Of a stretch of DNA of 64,000 bases, positions 10,474 through 27,211 are shown in pieces. Under the pieces are notes generated by a model, which saw nothing but the letters and a program-made list of their open reading frames with translations, was not told where the DNA came from and made no database searches. Made by a program: the position numbers and the translations under genes. Numbering within the stretch: the stretch's first letter is position 1; each line of letters opens with the position of its first letter. Where the stretch lies: NCBI GenBank assembly GCA_000165345.1, contig CM000436.1:1024001-1088000 (forward strand). The letters run 5' to 3'.

Positions 10474-10884
10474 ATGGGTGAATCAAGATGGATGAAACAA
10501 ACACATTCCAAAATTAGAGTTGGCCCTGAATACCAAGCAGTAGTACCAGATCTAATAGTTCCTGAAAAGAAAACTCAAGATAAAAAAGATACTGAGTTTG
10601 GCGTACCTAATGGAACTAAATCTTCTTCTTTTTCTTCCTCCTCATCCTCTTCCAGCAATGCTGCTAGATCTTCAATCGGTACCAATCAGAATCATAGATT
10701 AAAAATTACTACGCAAAGCTTGGCTACTAGTAATAAATCTTCAAGATCTGAAAAAGATTTGTCACGAGACAGTAAAATCACAACTTTTGAATCTAGCAAT
10801 AAGCCAAAGAGCTCTATAAAGACTCAGAAAACAATATCAAAAACTAAAACCAATAATAAAACTAGCTCAAAATCTTCTAAATGA
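10474..10884 (+). CDS. hypothetical Ser-rich small protein with ELM2-like N-terminal motif
   Basis: 136-aa ATG ORF. IRVGPEYQAVVPDL resembles the start of ELM2 domains. The rest is S/K/T low complexity. Weak. Confidence 0.3.
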   Translation: MGESRWMKQTHSKIRVGPEYQAVVPDLIVPEKKTQDKKDTEFGVPNGTKSSSFSSSSSSSSNAARSSIGTNQNHRLKITTQSLATSNKSSRSEKDLSRDSKITTFESSNKPKSSIKTQKTISKTKTNNKTSSKSSK

Positions 10885-11298
10885 ACCTTTTTTTTCTCAA
10901 TTTTGATTTACTTTGTAAATTTATACTACAATTATAGCCAATAATACATATATTATTTATATATATCAATTATACCTATCTTTTACTATCAAAGTATTCA
11001 CTTTTATAATATTTATCATTTAAAGAGTAATTCATACAACTTTCTATTAGTCGCACACACACATTTGCTTGTAAATTAATTTTCGCATGTAATTTGACAC
11101 ATTTGATTATTCTAAATTTGTTAAATTAACTTCAACTACGATCCAGAAGGTAGATATTATGCATACCTTGGCTTGTAATTTTTCTAAATAATCAACCATT
11201 TTTACCTAAATAAGCTTATATATCAATATTTATCTTTATATTCTAAATGTGGAAGAAGAAAAATATTTCAAACTAGAATATATAAACAAAAATGCGAA

Positions 11299-11310
11299 TT
11301 TGGCGCCAAA
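11299..11310. promoter_or_regulatory. palindromic E2F-like site TTTGGCGCCAAA
   Basis: Exact palindrome about 500 bp upstream of ATG 11814. CGTCTCAAAC co-motif on opposite strand at 11320-11329. Confidence 0.45.
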
Positions 11311-11813
11311 ATGGGTATCGTTTGAGACGCGCCTAAATTAATATAATTAAATAATGAAAAAAAAAAGGGAAAAATAAGTTAACAAAAATAATTAAAAATA
11401 ATATAGAATTGTTAAGGAAAAAATAGAGAATTTTCTTACATTGATTAAATAATTTACATACTTAGGTTCTAATTAATATAATAGGAAATATTACCACATA
11501 CAAAGTCTTTAACCAACTATAGTGTTTGAAGCCAAACTTTATGTTAAAACAAAAATTAATTCGTTTTAGCTAAAGTATATAAGAATAATTTATAGCATCA
11601 TAATAAAATACTTGGATATACGAAAATTACTTTAAGGAAGTATTAAAGACAAGAGAAGATCTTTTGGAAAAGTAAAGAGAGTTATCTGAATTTAGTTTTC
11701 CTTTATATTTAAGAATTTAATTAGAAATTAAACATTAATTTCCATTAATTACAAAGAATTCAAACTAATTTCAGTTGAGTTTGCATCGTTTTTATATTAA
11801 TAAAACTAATCAT

Positions 11814-13292
<1,479 letters not shown>

Positions 13293-13362
13293 ATATATTC
13301 CTCTTTTTTTGAATTATTTAGTAGTAAACTTTAAGTAATTAGTAACGATTTAGGAACTTGTA

Positions 13363-14802
13363 TTAATCTAATGTGTTGATGCTTTCAAGGTTTATTGGCA
13401 TTTTACACTCATCTTGATTATTATGTACTTTGTATTTGTGATCATCTTGATGATTTTCAGATAAAAGATAGCAGGAAATAGCCTTAACAGGAGCGGATAC
13501 ACATAATTTAGGCTTAATTTCATCATTTGAATCTTCTTCATTGATTATTCTTCTTTTAAAACAAAGTTTAAAAACCCCAACATTATTAACTAAAACAATA
13601 AGTATAACCAAACAGCCAAAAAATGCAGCAATAGACATAGATTGACCAATCTTATATACTTCTTTAATAAATTTACTAGAAGCTTCAAGATGCAATACTG
13701 TTAAGCTGTTTGAATCTTGTTCAATATTAATATCTTCTCTAGTAGCTAATTTAATTCTATTAATAGCATTAACAAAGTTTTCATTATTTAAAGATGGATT
13801 AATAAAGTGACCAGAATGTATATTGTACATATAAAAACTTGAATTATGTTTATTAACTTTATTTGGTAAGAAGAATAAAATTAAATCCATAATATGATAT
13901 AAACTAAATTCTTCCGATCTGAATCTAATTAAACGTAAAAGAAATAGAGTAATATCTCCAAGTTTCATTATATGCCAAGTTGCAGTTTTTGGAAAGTCAC
14001 CATGTACTAAAGGAGTATTATTTCCATAAAGTCCAACCTTAACAATTCTTTTATTAGGATCTAAATGTTTATGGAACATCCAAAGTTCTAAATAATCAAC
14101 ATCTAATCTTCCTGATAAATTCAGTTCTGTTATATCTGATGAAGATTTTCCTCTAGTTTTACTGGTTTTCATAATAAATGTATCTTCAATAGGATGCTTA
14201 TCAAGAGTCTGATTATCTAAACTAGTAAAATCTCCTTGATTAGTTTCAAAACAAAGACAATTTCTTCCACATCTTCTTACTGGTGCCTTTTTATATCCTA
14301 ATATACCTTGACTTCTTAATACTAGAAAGAATTGATTGTCATCTAGAAATTCAATTTCATCATTTACTCCTCTTTTATTAAATATTTGATTTCCGGTAAC
14401 ATCAGGTACAGTAATTGGACAAATTAGTATAGATGGTGCTTCAAAATAAGGTTGTATACCAGTTGAGGCTAACATGGATACAAACCATCCAGTTTGAGCA
14501 AAAATAATGAATAATAAGCCGCATATGAAATATAATGGAAACCATACAATAAGTTTAATAAAGAATGCAAAATTCTCAGCTTTTCTTGCTTCAATAGATT
14601 TACCAAATGATCCATCTAAAATAAATAAATAAATATATATATATATATGCAAGTCAATAAAAATTAATTAGAAGATTAAAGAATAACTTTATCATTATAA
14701 TTTAATGATAAAATCTCTATTTCTAAAAACTTACATGGTACTACAAAATTTCGAAATGATGAATAAATACTGATAATTACTTCTTTGATTGTATGTATAA
14801 TC
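13363..14802 (-). CDS. two-exon membrane protein with N- and C-terminal TM helices (possibly CDC50/LEM3-like)
   Basis: Exon 1 is 14802..14724 (ATG, 26 codons+1). Intron 14723..14616 runs GTAAGT to TTTTAG. Exon 2 is 14615..13363. The track ORF starts at a TTG inside the intron. TM1 FFIKLIVWFPLYFICGLLFIIF, large loop, then TM2 IAAFFGCLVILIVLV. Family assignment is weak. Confidence 0.5.
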
Positions 14803-15185
14803 TTGCTAATCATATTAAATAATTTTTAAGATTGATTGCTTTTTTTTTTGTAATGAAATAACCAGATTAATTATTTTATAATTCTTTTTTATGGAATACT
14901 TTTTTTTTTAATTTTTATTTCCTTTTTTCTTATATCTACAAAGATTGAAGAAAAAAGAAATTTATTTATTAGAATGCAAGCAAGTTAATATGTTTATTCC
15001 AAAGTAATGCTTGAAATTTAATCCATTACTTAAATTAGTGTCATTTTATATTCATTCACAGAAATATAAATATATATCTTTATATATAAATATTACCTGT
15101 TATTTAGTTTTTTTTAATAATTTTCAATCAATTCTCTTTTCAACATATTTATTACATGATCATTTTACAATTTAATAAAGGGCAC

Positions 15186-15205
15186 GGCGCCAAAATTTTG
15201 GCGCC
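15186..15205. promoter_or_regulatory. perfect 20-bp palindrome GGCGCCAAAATTTTGGCGCC (double E2F-like site), divergent promoter
   Basis: Two head-to-head GGCGCCAAAA half sites plus downstream GGCGGTACCGG. Lies between starts 14802(-) and 15478(+). Confidence 0.5.
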
Positions 15206-15477
15206 GTTGGCGGTACCGGATAATATAAAAAGATGTAAAATGTCAAAAAAAAACGCTGCAATTTGTAAGGGAAGAAAAAAAAGTATAAAAACTTAAAAAA
15301 TAAGAAAATATTTGAATGTAAACTTATAACATATATAGATATATGTACATATGTATATAGGTTGGAATTCTTTAATTATTTTTTAAATTAAGATTAGAAC
15401 AAGATAGAAAATAGAGAATTTGGGAAAAGAATAAGAATAAGAAAAAAGGAAAGTATAATATTGGAGTCAAAAAAAAA

Positions 15478-18775
<3,298 letters not shown>

Positions 18776-18894
18776 TATATTAAAGTTAAGTTTTACTTAC
18801 TATTAGTTTTCTAATTATATATTTTAATTAGATTTGATCTTTTGACTTTTCTTCTCTTAGAGAGAGAGAGAAAAATGTTAATGTAAATTCTGAT

Positions 18895-20993
18895 TTATTT
18901 TTTAAATGTTTGTGGTAGAAAGGGATCTCTAATTCCAGTATTAGGATTAGTAGGAGTAGGATTGATTCCGNTTCCAGAAGTTGTATGATGAGGATTAACT
19001 CTGACTCCTGAAATAATGGGAGTAGGGTTCATACTCATCATATCAGGAGTGGGTGTAGTAGGATGAGGATTGATTCTGATTCCTGAAACAATTGGAGGAG
19101 GATTAACTCCAGTTCTGGGAGTTTTGGAAGGACTAATTCTGATACCAGAAGCAAAAGACTGGGGATTGGTCCCAGTACCGGAAGTGGTTGTAGGATGAGG
19201 GTTGACTCCAATTTTGGGGATTGTGGAAGGACTAACTCTAACACCTGATGCATAGTTTTGAGGATTTGTTCCGAGTTCAGAAGTAGGTATAGTAGGAGGA
19301 TGAACTCCAATTCCAGGGGCTGTGGGCGGAGTGGCTCTGACACCTGAGGCTGTTGGTGGAGTGACTCTGACACCTAAGGCAAAGGACTGGGGATTGATTC
19401 CAGTGCCGGGAGTGGCCGTAGGGTGGTGACTCACTCTGACTCCAGGAATAGATGTGGGAGGGTTTATTCCAACGCTTGAAGTGACAATGGGAGGATTCGC
19501 TCCAGTTCTGGGAATGACTGTAGTTTGGGGGCTCGCTTTGACTCCAGGAGTGGGTTTGGGAAGAAGATTGATTCCAGTTTCAGAAGCGACTGTAGAAGGG
19601 TTTACTCCAATTCCAGGTGCGACTGTAGGAGAATTCACTCCAATTCTAGGGGAAATTTGAGGGTTCANTCCAACTCCAGAAACGACTTGAGGGTTCACTC
19701 CGATTCCAGTAGTAATTTGAGGGTTCACTCCGANTCCAGAAGCAATTTGAGGGTTTACTCCAGTTCCAGAAACAACTTGAGGGCTAATTCCAGCTCCAGG
19801 AGTAATTTGAGGGTTCACTCCGATTCCAGTAGTAATTTGAGGGTTAATTCCAACTCCAGGAGTAATTTGAGGGTTCACTCCAATTCCAGAAACTACTTGA
19901 GGGTTTACTCCAATTCCAGGAGCAATTTGAGGGTTAGTTCCAATTCCAGTAGTAATTTGAGGGTTCACTCCGATTCCAGAAGCAACTTGAGAGTTTACTC
20001 CAATTCTAGGGGAAATTTGAGGGTTTACTCCAGTTCCAGGTGCGACTGTAGGAGGATTCNNTCCAACTCCAGNANNNNNTTGAGGGTTTACNNNAACTCC
20101 NGAAACNACTTGAGGGNTNANTCCANCTCCAGNANNNANTTGAGNGTTNACTCCNANTCCAGTNNTAANTNNANNNNNAANNCCNACTCCTANNNNTAAT
20201 TNNNNGNTTCANTNNGAATTNCANTANTAANNNNAGNGTTCACTNNNANTCCAGNANCTTCTGCTAAAGATGAAGATGGATTATTTTTATTAGTATTTGG
20301 TTGTTTCTGAATATAATAAGGATGTGAAATAATATTTCTACTAGTTGTTGTAATATTTGAATTCATATTTGAACTTATCTGAGAAGAAGAAGATAATGAT
20401 GAATTTATTATACCTGTTGGAACATTAAGATTACTTGAAATCATGTTATTTTTAACTTGTATTTGATTACCAATCAAATTCTGTAAATAATTTTGTTGTA
20501 ATTGCTCTAATTGTGATTTATTAATTTGTGAATTAATTACCATAGAAGATACTCCTTCATTCATATTATTCATCATCATCAAATTAGAATGACAAATATT
20601 TGAATTATCAACTTGGATAAATTGTTTCTCAAGTCTTTTCGATTCTATTTCTCCTTGTTCCTGTTCCACTTCTTTTACTCCATTTGTTTGTGTTCCAGTT
20701 ATTCCAATTCCTTGATTATAAATAATTGAAAATCTCTTCACATGTTCTGTGAATAATTCTTGTATTAATTTAAAATCTCTCTCTATCAATTTTAAACTTG
20801 TAAATATTTCATCTCTTGGCTTATTTTTTAATTCCTTCAATTTCTCTTTTAATTGCATTAATGGTGTAATATTTGTATTTAAAGAAGATAAAAGTCCATT
20901 CTCATTTTTATGATAGTTAATATTATTATTATCACTCTTATTAATCGTCTTATTTAATGTATCTCTACGTACCTTTTCTTCCCTTCTAATCAT
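18895..20993 (-). CDS. repeat protein: Q/N-rich N-terminal region followed by >25 tandem decapeptide repeats G(I/V)G(V/I)NPQ(I/V)(T/V)(T/S)
   Basis: Track ORFs 20190..20993 and 18895..19968 share frame and strand. They are separated only by an N-rich collapsed repeat region. No signal peptide. The C-terminal part is imperfect repeats. Confidence 0.5.
19600..20260. repeat. 30-bp tandem repeat array (coding), with ambiguous bases
   Basis: Units such as CCAGTTCCAGAAACAACTTGAGGGTTTACT repeat head-to-tail. Ns from 20060 to 20250 show the assembler could not resolve copy number. Confidence 0.85.
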
Positions 20994-21311
20994 TTTTTTT
21001 TTATTTTTTTTCTCCTAGTTCTCTCTATCACTTATTTATTAATTCAAAATCTAATTTAATCCAATCCAATCCAATTCAATCCGAAATGAACTCATTTATT
21101 ATTAATAATCTCAACAATTTTAAGAACTTAAATGTGTGTGTGCGTATAGTATTTATATCTATATCTTCTTTATACTAATAAACACCAATTTATTCATGTT
21201 ATTTCACTTGTTTCTTTCTCTTTTCTCCTTGTTATATATATATTCGTAATTTTCTTTCTTTTCTTTTATTCTTTTTCTAATTAATCTAAAATTACTTAAT
21301 AAAGCGTGATC

Positions 21312-21327
21312 TTGGCGCGCGCGCCAA
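21312..21327. promoter_or_regulatory. palindromic E2F-like site TTGGCGCGCGCGCCAA
   Basis: 16-bp perfect palindrome followed by GGTACC. Upstream of gene start 20993(-). Confidence 0.45.
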
Positions 21328-21394
21328 AGCAGGTACCTATTAATTTATTTAGACAAGATAATAAATATAAATATTTAATAATAAATTTATACAC

Positions 21395-21535
21395 GTATGT
21401 ATTATTATTAGTAATAGTAATAGCAATAGCAATAGCAATAGTAATAGCAATAGTAATACTAATATTAATACTAATACTACTACTAATAATAATAATAGTA
21501 ATAATAATAGTAATAATAATAAGTAATATTAATAT
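21395..21535. repeat. imperfect AAT/AGT/AGC hexa- and trinucleotide microsatellite
   Basis: (AGTAAT/AGCAAT)n then (AATAATAGT)n. Intergenic. Confidence 0.8.
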
Positions 21536-22240
21536 AATCGTGATATAATTAATGATATCGTTATAATGATTTAAAAATTTTCAAGAATTAAATTTAAAAA
21601 ATGAAAAAAATAAAAATCTATATAAATTAAAATACGCTATATATAAGCAAACAATTGAAAGCATGCTTTGAGTCGAGATTTCTTTAAAATGACAAATAAA
21701 TCATTGTATTAATGATTTTTTTGTTCATAACAAGTTATTTCGTATTAAGTACTGCAATAAAAAATTATTAATAGTTGATTGGAAAAGATTATCTACTTTA
21801 TCAACATATTGTAGGTAGTCTTACCAGTTATTCTATGATTAATAAACGTGATCGTTGGTAACTTTTGATTTAATTGAGAATTTCTCATTTCCCTTATTGA
21901 CTAAAAAGTTACTTCTATTGCACGCTTACATTATACAAAATAAATTAAATGACTTATTATTATTATTATTATTATTACATTCAATTTATGATTCCAGAGA
22001 AAATCAGCATTCTATTTGTCACGTCTTTTGTTCAAATATTGTTTAGGTTTTAGTTATGCTATTACTTATTCAATATTATTTAATTCTTTCAAATACTTAT
22101 TGGCGTATACCCAAGAATGCTATACTAATTATTATACTTCAAGATTATATACTTCTTCCTTTAATTAGGAAGTAGAAAGAATTGCTTTCTAGTAATCTCT
22201 TTCTTGTTATCTTGAAACACATTTTCTTTTTTTCTCTTCT

Positions 22241-24976
22241 TCATTCTCTTGGATGAATCCAACTTGTATCTTCTCTTAATCTTTTAGTCTTAATTGGTCC
22301 TTCTTCTAATAATATCCCATCTGAAGTCGTTCCAGATATAGAATTCATATGTGGTGACTCTAATACATTAGTATCTTTTTCATTAGAATTCACTTGTTTT
22401 ATTGTATCTAAAGGTCTATTTGATATTTGTTCTTGTTGAGAATTACTTGTATCAACAATATTCTCTATATTTGTATTATGAAATTCTTCCAAACATGTAT
22501 AAGCCATAAAAGCTGGATAAGATTGTGTTGCTGTTAATTGTAAAGCCCAATTTGAATCTTCTTCAAATTTATTTGCATAATAACCTATAAAGTCTAATGT
22601 TAATTGTTCCTCCATATCAGCAGCTTCTGAAACCATATTCTCATTTGTTAACAAAAATGTTGTTGTTAATGTATTTACTGGATTTCCTCCTAATCCACCA
22701 TGATTACCACCTTCCCCTCCCATACTTGGAGCTGGTCTTATTACAAATATTAATTCTCCTCCATGACTTGAAAATATATTTGAAAGCTTATAAGCTGTCA
22801 ATCCACCTTCTACATATATTATTTCAATTCTCCATCCCAAAATATTGGATATTGCATCCATTAAATTACTCCTTTCTTTTATATAATATTCACTCAGAGT
22901 TTGATTTCTTCTCTGTTCTTCGTAATACTTATCCCTCAAAACTGAATAACTTTCATTTCCATCAATAAACTCTCCAGTATCTTCTTTTCCATTTGTTTCT
23001 ATTGTAACAAAATTATTATGACTCAAATTTGTTTCTCCTGATGGTTTTGATGATAATTCATATATCTTAAGCTTCTCATTTAAAGAAACTAATTGAGATT
23101 TTAACTCCTTATTATATTCCTGAAGACTATTTGATGATTCTAATAATGAATCTCTTTCTTGAGTTAACGTATCGTATGCTACTCTTATACTCCAATATGT
23201 TTTAATTTCCTCGTTCCTCAATTTTAACTCACTCTCTAAATGAGTGATTATTTTCATCTTCTCATCTAAATCCTTCTTTTGAGCTTCTATCTTCATCATA
23301 CTTACATTCTCACGTTCTTCTAAATCCTGTTGTATATCAATACTTTGTTTCATTTCACTTCTCTCCTTACTTCCCTCAACCTCTTTTTGTGAATTATCAT
23401 TTAGTGAATGATAATTTATATTACTCCCTTCTTTATTTACATCAATTCCAAATACTTCTTTTCTGGACTCTCCAACCTTTCCATTAAGTGAAACTTCTCC
23501 TCGTATTAATGCTGACTTACTTTCCTTACTTAAACATTCTTTCAATACCTTAATCTCACACTCCAAGCGTTTACTACTCTCAGTCATTTTCTGAATCTCC
23601 TCAGATTTTGAACTTAATTCATCCTCATAATACTTAATCTCCCTTTGACAAACTTGTAACTTACTCTCCAACATATCAACCTTGTTTTCTAATTCTGTTT
23701 TGGATGTCTCAATAACAGTTTTTGAAACTAAAACATCCTGGTATCGTCTTTGAAATTCAAATATTGCACTCAAAACACTTGTTGGTGATATAACATTCCT
23801 CTTCTTTTCATCGGATACTCGCGTTGTTGTAGTTTTATTATCAGAGTCCAAATGATTATCAGTACAAGAATCACTATCATAAATTGAATTACGATGAACA
23901 GAATCAGTTTGTGATTCCATTCCCAATTCATCTGACTCATCCTTTATCTGACCACCAGTACTCTCCCTATTAAGAACTTTCAGATTATGAGTATATCTAT
24001 ATGCCATAGTCTCCCATTGTTTAATCTGTTGACTTAAAGTCGAATTCTCTTGCTCTAATTCTACCATCCTCTTTAACCAACCCTCAGCTTGTTCTAATCT
24101 TTGTGACTGTTGTTTTACCAATCTTTCCTGATTACTCCACTTTTCTTGAAGCTCCTGATAACTCTTTTCTGAATTTTCTAATACCAATAATCTATTCTTA
24201 TACTGTTCTATTAAAGATCTATAATTCTTACTTACTAATTGCTCATTCTCTGCCATCTTGAGCAATTTTTCCAACTCTGTTATTCGGTACTTATTATGCA
24301 TACATTCTTCATTTAAACTTTGAATCTTTAACTCCTTTTCCCCAATTTCTCTTGAAAAATCTTCCTTTAACTCCTTCTCCTTCACTTCCAGCATCTCCTC
24401 CAATTGTATACATCTATTTTCCAACTTAGTCTTCTCGATCTTATTACTATCTAATAATGACTTATATTCTTCTTCTTTTTTCATAAATCCTTTCTCAATC
24501 TCAATTTTCTCATGTACCTTTTGATTTACCTCTTTAACCTTCTCTTCCATACTTCTAATTAATTCCTCATTCTTTTTCAATACTTCTCTACTACCTTCCT
24601 CTAAACTTCTTCCTCTCAACTCTAATCGAGTCTTTTCTTCTTGTAATTCTTCATTTCTCTTCTCTAATTGATAAATTCTTCTTTCATTTTCTGATTTATA
24701 TTCCTCATATTCTTGAATGATTTCCTGTAACTTATTTTTAACTGACAAGTACTCTGACATCTCCAAATATCTCGAATTCAATTCCTCTAATTCCTTCTTG
24801 TACTCTTCATTAATTTTCTTCACCTCTACTAATTGTCTACTTAAACCCTCAACTGTATTATTCATTTCATATTCAATACTTTCATCCACACTTTCATCTT
24901 TAAGTATCCCATCTAGCCATTGGCATATTTCTAGAGCATATCGCTTTGCTCTTCTATTATGGCCTATTTCTGCCAT
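22241..24976 (-). CDS. MAD1: MAD1-like spindle-assembly-checkpoint coiled-coil protein
   Basis: About 700 aa of heptad-rich coiled coil, then a C-terminal domain (AYKLSNIFSSHGGELIFVIRPAPSMGG...TFLLTNENM...SYPAFMAYTCLEEF). This aligns with the MAD1 C-terminal domain ([32 protein letters not shown]...SIPAFLSSLTLELF). Track start 24982 is TTG; first ATG is at 24976. Confidence 0.6.
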   Translation of the reverse strand: MAEIGHNRRAKRYALEICQWLDGILKDESVDESIEYEMNNTVEGLSRQLVEVKKINEEYKKELEELNSRYLEMSEYLSVKNKLQEIIQEYEEYKSENERRIYQLEKRNEELQEEKTRLELRGRSLEEGSREVLKKNEELIRSMEEKVKEVNQKVHEKIEIEKGFMKKEEEYKSLLDSNKIEKTKLENRCIQLEEMLEVKEKELKEDFSREIGEKELKIQSLNEECMHNKYRITELEKLLKMAENEQLVSKNYRSLIEQYKNRLLVLENSEKSYQELQEKWSNQERLVKQQSQRLEQAEGWLKRMVELEQENSTLSQQIKQWETMAYRYTHNLKVLNRESTGGQIKDESDELGMESQTDSVHRNSIYDSDSCTDNHLDSDNKTTTTRVSDEKKRNVISPTSVLSAIFEFQRRYQDVLVSKTVIETSKTELENKVDMLESKLQVCQREIKYYEDELSSKSEEIQKMTESSKRLECEIKVLKECLSKESKSALIRGEVSLNGKVGESRKEVFGIDVNKEGSNINYHSLNDNSQKEVEGSKERSEMKQSIDIQQDLEERENVSMMKIEAQKKDLDEKMKIITHLESELKLRNEEIKTYWSIRVAYDTLTQERDSLLESSNSLQEYNKELKSQLVSLNEKLKIYELSSKPSGETNLSHNNFVTIETNGKEDTGEFIDGNESYSVLRDKYYEEQRRNQTLSEYYIKERSNLMDAISNILGWRIEIIYVEGGLTAYKLSNIFSSHGGELIFVIRPAPSMGGEGGNHGGLGGNPVNTLTTTFLLTNENMVSEAADMEEQLTLDFIGYYANKFEEDSNWALQLTATQSYPAFMAYTCLEEFHNTNIENIVDTSNSQQEQISNRPLDTIKQVNSNEKDTNVLESPHMNSISGTTSDGILLEEGPIKTKRLREDTSWIHPRE

Positions 24977-25381
24977 TTTCAATTACTATATATTTTAATA
25001 TTTATATTTATTATTTATTTCGCCTTCCTATAATAATCCTTCATTCATGTAACTTATTCAAAACCACAAAAAGTTGATTAATCCTATTATCTCTAACACT
25101 TTCCAAAAGTACTTATCCCACTCCTCTTTGTATAACCTTCCACTTTTAATTATTCAAAAGCCAGTAATAATAGTATTTTGTAAAACCAATTTTTTCACAA
25201 ATAGTTTAATTCCTTCAAATAATACAACTACAAACTCCACACTCTCTCTTCTTCTTATATTCCTATTATTTTCAACTTCCTCCTCTCTAGAATATAATTC
25301 ACTCAAGAAAAAAAAAGGATTAACTACTATAGATTTACATCATTAATATTAGCTTGAATATTATTTTTAATAAAAAAAAAG

Positions 25382-25393
25382 TTCCCGCCAAAA
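25382..25393. promoter_or_regulatory. E2F consensus site TTTTGGCGGGAA (reverse strand) upstream of MAD1-like gene
   Basis: TTCCCGCCAAAA on the plus strand is the reverse of canonical TTTSGCGC. About 400 bp upstream of ATG 24976(-). Confidence 0.45.
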
Positions 25394-25461
25394 CTTGTCC
25401 ATTTAATTTATATGAGTAATAACCGGTATAGAAGAAAAAAAAACACGTAATACGCATGAAA

Positions 25462-26361
25462 TTAAAAAGTGATACCAATAATTGTGCATATATTTGAAAT
25501 TATTTTATTTTGGAATTCATTTTTAATTTTCAAAAATTTGATTATATTTTCATTTTCACTTAATAAACGTGTGTTTTTCTCAGATAAAAATTCCATCGTA
25601 TTTTTTCCCTTGAGTTTTACTTCCCAATTAGAATTATCATTATCATATTCTTGATTTTGAGTGTAATAATTACAAGAGTTTTGAGCTAATTCATAACTTT
25701 CTCGTATTTTATAGATTTCCCTTAACTCATTGATCCTTCTTTCATAGTCATGCATTATTATTTCTTGCTTATCACAGTTCCTTTTTAATGTGTAATATTC
25801 TAAATATTCCTCATAACTTAATCCGAACTTCTGCATAGTATTCCTAAATTCAGTATAATGATTAATTTCTAGATTTCTTCCTTTATTACTAATCTGATGT
25901 TCTTTTCCGAACATTAGCTGCAAAGCTAAGTAGTTGAGAGTTTTTTTAATATCATATAATTTTATATGCAAACTCCTTTCTTCATTCCAAATACTTTTCA
26001 TAGTATTAGAGATTTCCTTTTCCTTCTTTTCTACTAATTTCCCATTCGCTTCTTTCAAATTTTCTAACTCTCCAAATAATTTCTCCAAATTCTCCCTTAT
26101 AGAAACTTCCTCGAATGAGCACCCAATCTCATGATCTTCAAGTGCCAAATATATATTCTCTACTATCCTCTTTAATTGATTATATTCATTAGAAAAATTG
26201 CTTCTATATTTATCTACCTCATCCACTCTTTCTTCTTCCTCTTCAACACAATTATCTGAATCTAGTCCAAAGTCCAATGAATTTAAAGATACACTCACTG
26301 TTCTTGGACTTGTGCCTGAATATTCTATTGTATGAGAACTTTGGGCTATTAATTCCTTCAT
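25462..26361 (-). CDS. hypothetical coiled-coil protein
   Basis: 299-aa ATG ORF, E/K-rich heptad pattern, no family recognised. E2F-like site GTGGCGCCAAAA at 26587-26598 with adjacent CACGTG. Confidence 0.4.
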   Translation of the reverse strand: MKELIAQSSHTIEYSGTSPRTVSVSLNSLDFGLDSDNCVEEEEERVDEVDKYRSNFSNEYNQLKRIVENIYLALEDHEIGCSFEEVSIRENLEKLFGELENLKEANGKLVEKKEKEISNTMKSIWNEERSLHIKLYDIKKTLNYLALQLMFGKEHQISNKGRNLEINHYTEFRNTMQKFGLSYEEYLEYYTLKRNCDKQEIIMHDYERRINELREIYKIRESYELAQNSCNYYTQNQEYDNDNSNWEVKLKGKNTMEFLSEKNTRLLSENENIIKFLKIKNEFQNKIISNICTIIGITF

Positions 26362-27211
26362 TTTTACTTATAATCAAAATATATGTATTTTAAATTAGTC
26401 AAGTGACTAGCTTTTGCATGCAACATATATTTATATTAAGCACTTATTTATAACTCCAACACTCAAATAGAGCTTTTGCTGTCTTTCTTTATATTTAAAC
26501 ATCCAAAAATTCTTCTATCCCTCATTTTTAATATTTTTTAGATGCATCTCCGCCCATACCTAATTTAATTTATTTGTTTGACACGTGTGGCGCCAAAATA
26601 CCCGGTACTTTGCTATTTTAATAATTGTTAAAATCTACTTGAAGAGAAAAAATGAAAAATAGTTAGTTACAATTATTTCACAAAGTTAGCAAAGTTTTTT
26701 GTATATCAAATATAAATAGCTTTTATAATCCTATAATAATCAAAACCTTAATTGATATCAATAAAACACGGGGAATTCAATAGTATTGATTCCTCTACCT
26801 CCTCCAAACAAATAAACTCATAATACTATTTGAAAACTCCTTTTTATCCCCTAAACAGTAATTAATGTTATCAATCTATCTAACCCCTCCAAAATACACA
26901 TTTTCTACGACTTAAAACGGATCAATATTCTTTTCATGTATCATTTGACTCCAAAAAAATAATTAATAATTGTAATCCACAAGTACCGTCTCTTAATAGA
27001 CATATCAACTACGCGTCAAAAAGGTACCAAAATAAAAATATAAGAAAATTAACCACTTCTTTGATATGAAATTTAACTTCCAAAGATTAAGAAATAAGTA
27101 TATAAGTAAGTACTGAACACTATCAGATTTCAGTAATACTTTCTAATTTAGACTTGCTTATCTCTTTAGTAAGTCTTGGAAGCAAATTCTTGCATTATTT
27201 AAGTTTTAAAG

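Noticed and set aside
21306-21548. 80-aa ORF (poly I/L/V)
   Set aside because: Translation of the AAT/AGT/AGC microsatellite.
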